Part shown: positions 55,897 through 64,000 of the stretch, piece after piece
How positions within the stretch are numbered: position 1 is the first letter of the stretch
Layout of the letters: every line of letters begins with the position of its first letter
DNA from: Kiritimatiellia bacterium
GTDB lineage: Bacteria > Verrucomicrobiota > Kiritimatiellia > RFP12 > UBA1067
DNA: 64,000 nt
Assembly: GCA_016296065.1 (NCBI GenBank)
Contig: JAEDKA010000002.1
Span: 39,493-103,492, forward strand
Direction: 5' to 3'
Notes under the pieces: generated by a model
The model's input: the letters and a program-made list of their open reading frames with translations, nothing else
Told to the model about the DNA's origin: nothing
The model's database searches: none
Position numbers and translations under genes: made by a program

Positions 55897-57377
55897 AGAA
55901 AGCACTAGCGTCAGTTCTCGCGGCTCTGTCGATTTCCGCCTTTGCGGCGTGGGATCGCGTCGGATCGCTTCAGGTCGCGGATGTCGCCGCACAGGGCGAG
56001 GCCGCGGCAAAGGTCGGGCAGATGATCGGAAACCCGTTCGCGGCGGCGGCGCTCGCGGCGGCGCTGGCGGACCTGCCGACGGTCAAGTTCTTCGGGCCGG
56101 CTCGCGAAAAGGCGACGCTCCTCGTCCCGCTCTTCCTCGACACGAAGGACGTCGCGGAGAATCCGGCGGACGCGCTCGACAGTCTTGAGTACGCGGTGCT
56201 GTACCCGGTCTCGATCTCGAAGGAGGAGTTCATGAAGCGCCACGAGGGATCCGTCGAGAAGGACGGCGTGGTGATCGTGAAGGGCGATCTTTCCGGCGAG
56301 GACAAGGACGATGAGAAGACGTACGTCGTGTTCTCGCAGGACGGCAAGTGGGCAGGCGCCTCCGACGACATCGAGCAGGCCAAGCTCGCGCTCGCCGAAG
56401 TCAAGGTCGCGGAGAAGCCGCTCAAGGGCGAGGTCGCGCGTCTGCGCGTCGGGCCCAAGGCCGTCAAGTCCCTGGTCGAGGCGGTGAAGGCCTCGGCAAA
56501 GGAGATGTCGCCGGAAGACAAGGCCGCGCTCGACTCGCTCAAGTCCTTCGCCGTCGGGTTCAAGGTCTCGGATCGCGGCGTGGACATGAACGGTTCCGTG
56601 TCGTTCGCGGACGGATCCGAATTCGCCAAGGTCGGGCTCAAGCCGCTCGGTGCCGATCCATTCGCCTTCGCGGACAAGAGCGTGCTCGCGGCAAGCGTAA
56701 AGGCGGAGGACGCCGGCAACAACGACATCATGACGGACAAGAAGTGGAACGATCTGCTCGCCGTCGTGAAGAAGCACGGAATCGACCTCGCCAAATTCTT
56801 CTCGCGCGGGAAGACGGGCATCGCCGAAATATACACCTTCGACATTCCCGCGTTCGTGAAGTACATGACGGAAAACATGGAGGCGCTGTCCAAGGTCGAC
56901 TCCGAGAAGCTTCTCGAGGACGTCAGCAAGATCGGCGAGGGCGAGAAGTTCGCCGCGAAGGCCCCGGCGTATGCCTCCGCAGTCTCCGTCAAGGACTTCG
57001 AGTCGCAGTGGAAGATCGGCGAGCGCTTCGCCGCGACGCTTCCCGAGGCTGCGGGCAGGAAGCCTTTCTACGTCTACTTCTGCTCCGTCTCCTCCATCCT
57101 CAAGGCTGTCGCCCCTCACGCCCTCGCGCAGGTCCCGGAGGAACAGCGCGCGGCGATGAAGCCCGTCGTCGACGCCTTTGCGGTCGAGACGAAGACGGGA
57201 ATCGCTTTCATGCTGTGGCGTCCGAAGGAGGGCGGCTCGATGCGCATGACGCTCCGCTTCTCGGCGGACGAGATACGCGGCGTCGGCGGGCTGGTAGGCG
57301 CGGCCATGATGCTTGGCGGCCCTGCGCATACCGGAGTCGACGTTGAAGATGGCGACGACGGAGACGATGAAGACTGA
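55893..57377 (+). CDS. hypothetical secreted protein with acidic C-terminus
   Basis: signal peptide; Ala/Lys-rich; DGDDGDDED tail. Confidence 0.6.
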   Translation: MKKALASVLAALSISAFAAWDRVGSLQVADVAAQGEAAAKVGQMIGNPFAAAALAAALADLPTVKFFGPAREKATLLVPLFLDTKDVAENPADALDSLEYAVLYPVSISKEEFMKRHEGSVEKDGVVIVKGDLSGEDKDDEKTYVVFSQDGKWAGASDDIEQAKLALAEVKVAEKPLKGEVARLRVGPKAVKSLVEAVKASAKEMSPEDKAALDSLKSFAVGFKVSDRGVDMNGSVSFADGSEFAKVGLKPLGADPFAFADKSVLAASVKAEDAGNNDIMTDKKWNDLLAVVKKHGIDLAKFFSRGKTGIAEIYTFDIPAFVKYMTENMEALSKVDSEKLLEDVSKIGEGEKFAAKAPAYASAVSVKDFESQWKIGERFAATLPEAAGRKPFYVYFCSVSSILKAVAPHALAQVPEEQRAAMKPVVDAFAVETKTGIAFMLWRPKEGGSMRMTLRFSADEIRGVGGLVGAAMMLGGPAHTGVDVEDGDDGDDED

Positions 57378-58188
57378 GGCGTACGCCAAGGTAAACCTCA
57401 CGCTTGAGGTGTTCGGGGTGCGTGGTGACGGATACCACGCGCTCCGTTCCATAGTGGCCCCCATATCGCTGTCGGACATGCTTGAGATCGAGCCGTCCGA
57501 CGGACTTTCGTCCGACACGGGATATCCCGACGACCTCATCCTCAAGGCGGCGCGCGCGCTCGATCCGTCGCGCGGCGCGCGCTTTCGCGTTACGAAGCGC
57601 ATCCCGGCTGGGGGCGGACTAGGCGGCGGTAGCGCGGACGCGGCGGCGGCGCTTGTCGCGCTGAACGAGATGTGGGGCCTCGGACGCACCCGAGAGGAGC
57701 TCGCCGAAATCGGGGCGGCGGTCGGGTCGGACGTTCCGGCGCTCGTCCTCGGCGGACCCGTGATAATGACCGGACGCGGCGAGTTCGTGGAGCGCGTGGA
57801 GTGTCCGCGCCTCGACCTCGTTCTCGTGAACCCCGGGATAAACACCTCGACGCGCGAGGTGTACGCGCGCACAGCGGTGCGCGGGGAGGGCGGACCGTCC
57901 GCGACGGACGCGTGCCTTGAGGCGCTGGAGTCGGGCGAAATCGGCCTTATAGCGGAGACTTTTGCAAACGACCTCGAGGCGGCGGCTTGCGCGATGCATC
58001 CGGAGATCGCCGACGCGATGTCCGCCCTGCGCGCGGAAGGCGCGCTGGGCGTGACGATGAGCGGAAGCGGCTCCTCGGCGTTCGGAATCGTGGAGTCCGG
58101 CTCGCGCGCGCACGAGATCGCGCTCGCGCTGCGCGGACGCGGACTTTCCGCATGGGCGGTTCACACGATCGGCGCAGATATGGTATAA
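57349..58188 (+). CDS. ispE: 4-diphosphocytidyl-2-C-methyl-D-erythritol kinase
   Basis: AKVNLTLEV…RGDGYH and PAGGGLGGGSADAAAAL GHMP-kinase motifs. Confidence 0.8.
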   Translation: MATTETMKTEAYAKVNLTLEVFGVRGDGYHALRSIVAPISLSDMLEIEPSDGLSSDTGYPDDLILKAARALDPSRGARFRVTKRIPAGGGLGGGSADAAAALVALNEMWGLGRTREELAEIGAAVGSDVPALVLGGPVIMTGRGEFVERVECPRLDLVLVNPGINTSTREVYARTAVRGEGGPSATDACLEALESGEIGLIAETFANDLEAAACAMHPEIADAMSALRAEGALGVTMSGSGSSAFGIVESGSRAHEIALALRGRGLSAWAVHTIGADMV

Positions 58189-58204
58189 TATATTTTCAAA
58201 CGGC

Positions 58205-58278
58205 TGTCCCATGGTGTAGCGGCTGCACACGGGTTTTTGATACCTAGAGTTCTGGTTCGACTCCAGATGGGACAACCA
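58205..58278 (+). tRNA. tRNA-Gln (TTG), anticodon stem weakened, discriminator A
   Basis: arm sequence matches E. coli tRNA-Gln (GGTTTTTGATACC); T-arm TCTGG-TTCGACT-CCAGA; acceptor TGTCCCA/TGGGACA; CCA encoded. Confidence 0.65.
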
Positions 58279-58372
58279 GCGGGGGATTTCGTTTATCTTG
58301 CAGCCCCTTGCATTGCGTCGGCGGATATGATATACTATGCGCCAATCATTCACCGAAAAGGAAGATAAAGAC

Positions 58373-58669
58373 ATGGTTAAGATCAGAATGCGTCGCACGG
58401 GCTGCACCAATCATGCAACCTACCGCATCGTCGCCGCGGACTCCCGTTCGCCCCGCGACGGCAAGTTCCTTGAGATTCTCGGCTGGTACGACACGCAGAT
58501 CAAGGACGAGAACTTCAAGCTCGACCTTCCGCGCGTTGAGTACTGGCTCTCGAAGGGCGCCAAGCCCTCCACGACGGTGGCGTCGCTCATCCGCCGTGCG
58601 AAGAACCCCAACCTCAAGCCGCATCACGCGACCCCGGCCAAGAAGACCGAGGCGAAGAAGGAGGCCTAA
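58373..58669 (+). CDS. rpsP: 30S ribosomal protein S16
   Basis: MVKIRMRRTG…YRIVAADSRSPRDG. Confidence 0.9.
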   Translation: MVKIRMRRTGCTNHATYRIVAADSRSPRDGKFLEILGWYDTQIKDENFKLDLPRVEYWLSKGAKPSTTVASLIRRAKNPNLKPHHATPAKKTEAKKEA

Positions 58670-58672
58670 GCA

Positions 58673-59041
58673 ATGGGTATCAAGCTTATAGACAAGATCA
58701 ACGCCGAGCAGACTGCGAAGCTCTCCGAGAAGAAGTTCCCCGAGTTCCGCACCGGCGACATCGTCCGCGTCTCCATCAAGATCAAGGAAGGCGAGAAGTT
58801 CCGCATCCAGGACTTCGAGGGCAAGGTCCTCGCAATCGACAACGGCCGTTCCAACGTTGCGGGCAACTTCACCGTCTCCCGCGATGCCTTCGGCGTCCGC
58901 GTCGAGAAGCTCTTCCCGTTCAACAGCCCGTGGATCCAGGCGATCAAGGTCGTCAAGAAGGGCAATGGCTGGCGCGCGAAGCTCTACACGGAGCGCACCT
59001 TCTGCTCGCACAAGGCTGTCCGCAAGCTGGTGAAGAAATAA
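58673..59041 (+). CDS. rplS: 50S ribosomal protein L19
   Basis: FRTGDIVRV…FEGKVLA…GVRVEKLFP…RAKLY. Confidence 0.9.
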   Translation: MGIKLIDKINAEQTAKLSEKKFPEFRTGDIVRVSIKIKEGEKFRIQDFEGKVLAIDNGRSNVAGNFTVSRDAFGVRVEKLFPFNSPWIQAIKVVKKGNGWRAKLYTERTFCSHKAVRKLVKK

Positions 59042-59169
59042 TCCCAGCGCACAGAGCCGCAAGTTCGGTGAATGAAACAGGCCGTCCCCAATGCGGGGGC
59101 GGTCAGTTTTTTGGTATAATATCACACGCTTAACACCAAAAGGAACAACCGCATTTCTAAGAAAGGAAA

Positions 59170-60354
59170 ATGAAAATGGCTGTTACGGAAACGACAACGG
59201 TATCATGGGGATCCAGGCTCGGGAATTCCATAAAGGGTATTCTCGTGGGACTCGCCCTGTTCGTGATAGGATTCCCGGTTCTGTTCTGGAACGAAGGCAA
59301 CAGCGTGAAGACCGCCAAGGCGCTCGACGAGGGCGAGGGGGCGTGCATACCGGTCGAGTCGATCGAGAAGGTCGATCCCGAGATGGAGGGACAGCTTGTC
59401 CACATGACAGGGATGGCAAAGACTTCGGATGTCCTTTCCGACGACCAGTTCGGCGTTTCCGCTACGGCGATCGCGCTCGCGAGGAAGACCGAGATGTTCC
59501 AGTGGGTCGAGCACTCCGAGACGAAGGAGACGAAGAAGCTCGGCGGCAAGGTCGAGCGGACCACGACATACACCTACTCGCAGGAGTGGGTCGAGAACGC
59601 GGTCGACTCGAGCGGATTCAAGGAGCAGGGGCACGACAACCCCGGAATGATTGAGTTCCCGTCCGAGGAGAAGCGCGCCGCCAACGTCACGTTCGGCGCA
59701 TTCCGCCTGAGCGAAGGCCAGATCGGACGCATCGGATCGGGGCAGCGGTACGCCTTCCCGACTGGATTCGTCTGCAAGGTCGAGCGCGTGCAGATACAGG
59801 GCGGGACGATCTACGTTCCCAACAAGGCTACGCGCGACAACGAAAAGAACAACCGCGACGTCGCCTCGCAGCCGCGCGTGGGCGACATGCGCGTCAGCTT
59901 CAGCGTCGTGTATCCGCACGACATATCCATCGTGGCGAAGCAGAAGGGAGACACCTTCGTCGGCTATCTCGCGAAGACCAAGAAGAAGATCGACATGCTC
60001 TCCGACGGCGTCAAGGACGCGGCGGAGATGTTCGAGGCGGCGCGCTCGGCCAACACGATGATGACGTGGATCGTTCGTCTTGTCGGCTTCCTCCTCATGT
60101 TCTTCGGACTGTCCATGGTCTTCAAGCCGCTGTCGGTGCTTGCGGACGTGCTGCCTATACTCGGCGACATCGTCGGAATCGGCACTGGACTCGTCGCAGG
60201 CGTCATTGCGTTCGTCTGCGCGCTCGTCACCATCGCCATCGCATGGATATTCTACCGTCCGGTCCTCGGCATCCTGCTCCTCGCCGCAGCAGGCGCGGCA
60301 ATCTTCCTCCTCTGGAAGAAAAAACAGGAGAAGAAGCCCGCCGTGGCCGCATAA
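59170..60354 (+). CDS. hypothetical membrane protein (TMEM43/DUF1625-like topology)
   Basis: N-terminal TM; long soluble region; C-terminal multi-TM segment. Confidence 0.55.
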   Translation: MKMAVTETTTVSWGSRLGNSIKGILVGLALFVIGFPVLFWNEGNSVKTAKALDEGEGACIPVESIEKVDPEMEGQLVHMTGMAKTSDVLSDDQFGVSATAIALARKTEMFQWVEHSETKETKKLGGKVERTTTYTYSQEWVENAVDSSGFKEQGHDNPGMIEFPSEEKRAANVTFGAFRLSEGQIGRIGSGQRYAFPTGFVCKVERVQIQGGTIYVPNKATRDNEKNNRDVASQPRVGDMRVSFSVVYPHDISIVAKQKGDTFVGYLAKTKKKIDMLSDGVKDAAEMFEAARSANTMMTWIVRLVGFLLMFFGLSMVFKPLSVLADVLPILGDIVGIGTGLVAGVIAFVCALVTIAIAWIFYRPVLGILLLAAAGAAIFLLWKKKQEKKPAVAA

Positions 60355-60425
60355 ACGCCAAAAATTTGGTATAATCCATCCATAAGTCAGTCAACAAACA
60401 AGCATTGCAAAGGAGCAAAAAGACA

Positions 60426-61340
60426 ATGAAGAAGCTTACGACACTCGCGCTCGCGGCGTTCGCAGCAGCCGCGGCTTTCGCTGAAGGCGGAAACCTCCGC
60501 TACTCCATCATGGTCAACAAGTTCGAGAACAAGGCCAACTGGCGCGGCCAGTGGGAGCTTGGCGACGCTTGGGGCACGATTCTCACCGACCAGCTTGTTC
60601 AGAGCGGCAAGTTCATCGTCCTCGGCGAGGCAGACATGCGCGGCGCGGCGATGCAGGAGCAGGACCTCGCGGCGTCCGGACGCACCGCCGGCGGCAAGAA
60701 GGCTCCCCAGATGGGACGCATGACGCCCGCGCAGCTGCTCGTCAAGGGCGCGATAACCCACGTGCAGGAGACGAAGGGCGGCAGCGGAGGCTTCTCGCTC
60801 GGAAAGGGCATCCTAAGCGGAGTGTCCATTGGCGGCAGTGCAGGTGGAGCGGAAATAAACATCACGATCTACATCTGCGACTCCGCGACCGGACAGGTCA
60901 AGGCTTCCAAGAGCGTGATCGGCAAGAGCGGAAAGCGCGGCATCGGTCTCGGCTACCACGGCAACAAGCTCGGCGGCCTCACCGGCGACCTCGAGGGCTT
61001 CGAGAAGGACAACATGGGCCAGGCCTGCACCGATGCGGTCACGCAGGCCGTCGAATTCCTCGTCGCCCAGCTCGAATCGATTCCGTGGGAAGGCTCCGTC
61101 TCTCTCGTCAAGCCAGACAAGCTCCTCATCAACCGCGGGTCGCGCGAAGGCGTCGCGGTCGGCATGAAGTTTGACATCGGCAAGGTCGAGGAGATCGTCG
61201 ACGAGGATACCGGAGAGGTGCTCGACAGCGAGATGACAAAAATCGGCACTGTCGTCGTCACCGAGGTGAAGGAGAAGATCTCCTACACGACTCCGCTCGA
61301 AGGCGCCGAGAAGGGCATGGGCGTCCATCCCGCGAAGTAA
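60426..61340 (+). CDS. secreted protein, CsgG/LpoB-like
   Basis: signal peptide; Gly-rich; weak CsgG-like pattern. Confidence 0.45.
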   Translation: MKKLTTLALAAFAAAAAFAEGGNLRYSIMVNKFENKANWRGQWELGDAWGTILTDQLVQSGKFIVLGEADMRGAAMQEQDLAASGRTAGGKKAPQMGRMTPAQLLVKGAITHVQETKGGSGGFSLGKGILSGVSIGGSAGGAEINITIYICDSATGQVKASKSVIGKSGKRGIGLGYHGNKLGGLTGDLEGFEKDNMGQACTDAVTQAVEFLVAQLESIPWEGSVSLVKPDKLLINRGSREGVAVGMKFDIGKVEEIVDEDTGEVLDSEMTKIGTVVVTEVKEKISYTTPLEGAEKGMGVHPAK

Positions 61341-61364
61341 AGTGAAGCGCAGCCAAACTTCGTG

Positions 61365-61399
61365 AAAAAGGGGCCGGCATCCGCCGGTCCTTTTTTTTC
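61365..61399 (+). terminator. rho-independent terminator
   Basis: ggggccggcatccgccggtcc followed by ttttttttc. Confidence 0.7.
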
Positions 61400-61454
61400 A
61401 TGCCCTGAAAATTTTCCGCACCCCCGTTGACAAGTCCACCCGATTTATGATAAA

Positions 61455-61470
61455 GTAATCGCGTGATTAC
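61455..61470. promoter_or_regulatory. GTAATC-N4-GATTAC palindrome overlapping the TetR gene promoter (likely autoregulatory operator)
   Basis: perfect 6-bp inverted half-sites 20 nt upstream of the TetR gene ATG. Confidence 0.4.
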
Positions 61471-61489
61471 GATAAAAGGAGTTTCGGCG

Positions 61490-62128
61490 ATGGAGAAGAC
61501 ATTTAAGAGAAAGGCACGGCAGGACGGCGTGGAGACGCGCGAGGCGATACTCGCCGCGGCGGAGGCGGAGTTCGCGGAGAAGGGCTTCGCGCTCGCTTCG
61601 GCGCGGGAGATATGCCGCCGCGCGCGGGCGAACTCGGCTCTTATGAACCGCTACTTCGGCTCGAAGGAGGCACTCTACCGCCTCGTCGCGAAGCGGCTCT
61701 TCGGCGACCTCGGCGCGCCGCTCGCGCGCCTCCACGAGAAGGCGGTCGACGAAAAGTCGTGGCGCGCGGCCGTGAGCGAATGGGTGGACGACATGCTCTT
61801 CATGACGATCCCGACCGAGCGCGCCCAGAAGCTCTGCGCGGGTCTATTTCGCCACGAGGTCACGCGGCCGACGAAATTCCACGACGAGTTCAAGGAGGCG
61901 TTTGGCCGTCCTGTCTACGAAGGGCTTAGGAAACTCCTTGCCATGAAGGTGAAGGATGAAGAGCGGCTGGAGCTTCTGACGACTTCCATCTGGGCGCAGG
62001 TCTCGGTCTATGCGCTTGCGGACGTCAAGTGGCACAAATCCTTCCGTCCGGCAGGCGTCGACAACCGCGCCTGGGCCGAGAAGGTCGCCGCGCACATCTG
62101 CGAAGGCATTTTTACACGTGTGAAATAA
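61490..62128 (+). CDS. TetR/AcrR-family transcriptional regulator
   Basis: N-terminal HTH REAILAAAEAEFAEKGFALASAREICRRA. Confidence 0.75.
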   Translation: MEKTFKRKARQDGVETREAILAAAEAEFAEKGFALASAREICRRARANSALMNRYFGSKEALYRLVAKRLFGDLGAPLARLHEKAVDEKSWRAAVSEWVDDMLFMTIPTERAQKLCAGLFRHEVTRPTKFHDEFKEAFGRPVYEGLRKLLAMKVKDEERLELLTTSIWAQVSVYALADVKWHKSFRPAGVDNRAWAEKVAAHICEGIFTRVK

Positions 62129-62134
62129 GGAGGA

Positions 62135-62368
62135 ATGGCAATGAAGAAGTTGATTGCGATAGTTCTTGCTATATCGATGCTGGGGTCGGGCTGCTGCACG
62201 GTCGCCGCGGTTAGCAATGACCTGCCCTGGGCGGCACCCGTTACAGTGCCGGTTGATATCGTGTTGATGCCGGTAGAAGTCCTCGGTCTCGAGGTTCTAG
62301 CCAGGGTCGAGACGGAAGGCAAGTGTGGCGCAATGGTCTTTATCGCACCTTTTGGAGGAGCGAAATGA
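62135..62368 (+). CDS. small lipoprotein
   Basis: lipobox LGSGC; 77 aa. Confidence 0.5.
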   Translation: MAMKKLIAIVLAISMLGSGCCTVAAVSNDLPWAAPVTVPVDIVLMPVEVLGLEVLARVETEGKCGAMVFIAPFGGAK

Positions 62369-62445
62369 ATGGCATGGGAATGAAGAACGCGTGGAAGAGG
62401 AATGCTGCCCGTTCTACACGGCGGAAACTTGAAAGGATGGCAAAA

Positions 62446-64000
62446 ATGAAAAGACTGATGATTGCGGCAATGGCTGTCGCGACGGCTTGCGCGACGTGCG
62501 AGAGCCGTGCGGACGAGAACCGCCTCAACCTGTGGCCGCTTGTCGGCTACAACGACGGCGCACTAGACTTCATCTGGCCGCTCGGACATTTCAAGGACTC
62601 CGACGAGTGGCGGTTTTTCCCGATTATCCGCGACCGCGGCCTGTTTTGCATTTTCCCCGAGCTCTGGTTCACGGACGATGGATTCGCCGTGCTTCCGCTG
62701 GCCGCGGAATACGATTTCGGGCGCGGGACGCTCTTCCCCGTTCTCTGGTGGGACTTCGAGGGTTCGGACATAACGCACAGCGTGTTCCCTGCCTACTATT
62801 ACCATGGCGGCAAGTACGGGACGACTTTCTGGGCTGCGTGCGGGCTAGCGGGGTTCAAAAGCGACAAGGGAAAGGTCTTTCATCATCGCTTTCTCCCTCT
62901 CTACTACTGGGACCGCGGCGACTTCTTCTCCATTCCGTATTCGCGCTATCGCAGCGGCGGACATCTGAAGAGCCGTTTCTTCTTCGGCCTCGCGGGATGC
63001 GACTCGGACGCAAACGGCGACTACGAGGCGTCGTGGCTCTTCCCGCTCTATGCACACGACAAAGCCAATGACGAGTTCTTGACTCCGCTCTTCGGCAAGA
63101 CAAAAGACGCGAACTGGCTAATCCCGTTTTACTACCACGACGAGAGTCTGACGCTCACTCCGCTCTTCGGCAAGACGGTCGAGGCCAACTGGACGCTGCC
63201 GCTCTACTACAAGGACAAGGAGAAGTTCCTGACGCTGATTGGCGGCAATAGCGGTGACGCCAACTGGGTCGTGCCGTTTTACTGGCGCGACAAGAGGACT
63301 TTCGCTTCGCTTCCCTATTGGCGGCAGCTTGGGTCGGACGGCGAGATCGACAGGGCGTTTTCTCTCCCGCTTCTCTCGGGCTACGAACGCGACGACAAGG
63401 CCGGCGATCGGCTTCTCTATCTTCTCATGGGGCTTGGCGGCCATGTCTGGAATGATGCGACAGGCGGCGCGAGCTGGGTGTTCCCGCTTTTCTACAGCGA
63501 CCGCGAAAGCTTCTACACTCTCCTCTACGGGCACAACCCGCGCCGCACCTGGCTCTTCCCCGTCTACTTCGACGGCGAGGAACGCACATACATAACGCCG
63601 CTCTACGGGCGCAACAAGAGGGACGGCAGCGACTGGCTCATTCCCCTCTACTACCGCAACAAGGAGTCGTTCATCACTCCGCTCTACGGGAGGTCGGGCG
63701 AGGCGTCGTGGCTCTTCCCGCTCTACTGCCGCGACGAGTCGCAGTTCAACACCCTCGTCTATTCGCATTGGGACGACGCGAAGAAGGGAACGCGCGGATT
63801 CTTCTCCCTGCCGCTTCTCTCGGGTGCCAATTGGGAGACGAATTCATGCGACAAGACATGGTTCACGCTCGCGGGGCTCGTCGGCGGATCGTCCAATGCC
63901 TCGGGCTCGCACAAGGCCAACTGGGCGCTTCCTCTTTTCGTCCGCGAAGAGAACGAGTCGTTCTATTCCATCCCGTTCGGCTGGAGCGGCGGCGGCTCGG
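62446..64000 (+). CDS. large repeat protein (~22-aa W-[LV]-F-P-L-Y-Y…F-x-T-P-L-Y-G repeats), 3' partial (runs off the window end)
   Basis: hand translation of frame 1 shows no stop from 62446 to 64000; signal peptide MKRLMIAAMAVATACA; >20 tandem degenerate repeats; absent from the ORF track, presumably because it has no in-window stop. Confidence 0.65.
   Translation, partial: MKRLMIAAMAVATACATCESRADENRLNLWPLVGYNDGALDFIWPLGHFKDSDEWRFFPIIRDRGLFCIFPELWFTDDGFAVLPLAAEYDFGRGTLFPVLWWDFEGSDITHSVFPAYYYHGGKYGTTFWAACGLAGFKSDKGKVFHHRFLPLYYWDRGDFFSIPYSRYRSGGHLKSRFFFGLAGCDSDANGDYEASWLFPLYAHDKANDEFLTPLFGKTKDANWLIPFYYHDESLTLTPLFGKTVEANWTLPLYYKDKEKFLTLIGGNSGDANWVVPFYWRDKRTFASLPYWRQLGSDGEIDRAFSLPLLSGYERDDKAGDRLLYLLMGLGGHVWNDATGGASWVFPLFYSDRESFYTLLYGHNPRRTWLFPVYFDGEERTYITPLYGRNKRDGSDWLIPLYYRNKESFITPLYGRSGEASWLFPLYCRDESQFNTLVYSHWDDAKKGTRGFFSLPLLSGANWETNSCDKTWFTLAGLVGGSSNASGSHKANWALPLFVREENESFYSIPFGWSGGGS

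Overview
High-GC (~65%) bacterial chromosomal window. Abundant prepilin-type N-terminal methylation-domain proteins, an ECF sigma factor and extended -10 promoters of the form TTTGGTATAATAT upstream of most genes suggest a PVC-superphylum (Lentisphaerae/Verrucomicrobia/Kiritimatiellae-like) organism; this is inference. Both flanks are core genome. The left flank holds pfk, a TonB-dependent receptor, nadC, a PurH-like AICAR transformylase, a GH51 arabinofuranosidase, an ECF sigma, a pseudopilin-like protein, queH, a MacB-like ABC exporter, fabD, a NodT outer-membrane factor, tRNA-Val, korDABC and tRNA-Pro. The right flank holds a umuD-like/aldo-keto reductase/radical-SAM operon, a sialate-O-acetylesterase-family protein, mutS, fusA, an aminotransferase, ispE, tRNA-Gln, rpsP-rplS, membrane/secreted proteins and a TetR. 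Immediately downstream of tRNA-Pro sits a ~21-kb accessory island (about 21.5-42.6 kb). It contains (a) an NrtR-like Nudix regulator with an ADP-ribosylglycohydrolase; (b) an IS30-family element and IS4-family end remnants; (c) a low-GC Type II R-M islet (convergent REase; C-protein/MTase operon); and (d) an array of at least six near-identical promoter-operator cassettes (palindrome TGTCGCTCCGCNGGCGACA + G-rich spacer + TTTGGTAGAATAGGCGGCGAAA), each placed just upstream of a different gene. The cassette-driven genes carry eukaryote-like or ADP-ribose/nucleotide-signalling domains: MacroD fused to a PI3K/PI4K-like kinase-like domain, CYTH, Sel1, J-domain, HIRAN, ankyrin. One cassette appears to drive an orphan ~100-nt terminator-delimited transcript. 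This cassette array is the most likely candidate for an undescribed, co-regulated integron-like/poly-immunity or defence-type system. Other notable items are a MutS carrying in-frame 51-bp tandem repeats and a C-terminal SNase-like nuclease domain, several REP/MITE-like repeat families, and a long repeat protein that runs off the window end and is absent from the ORF track.
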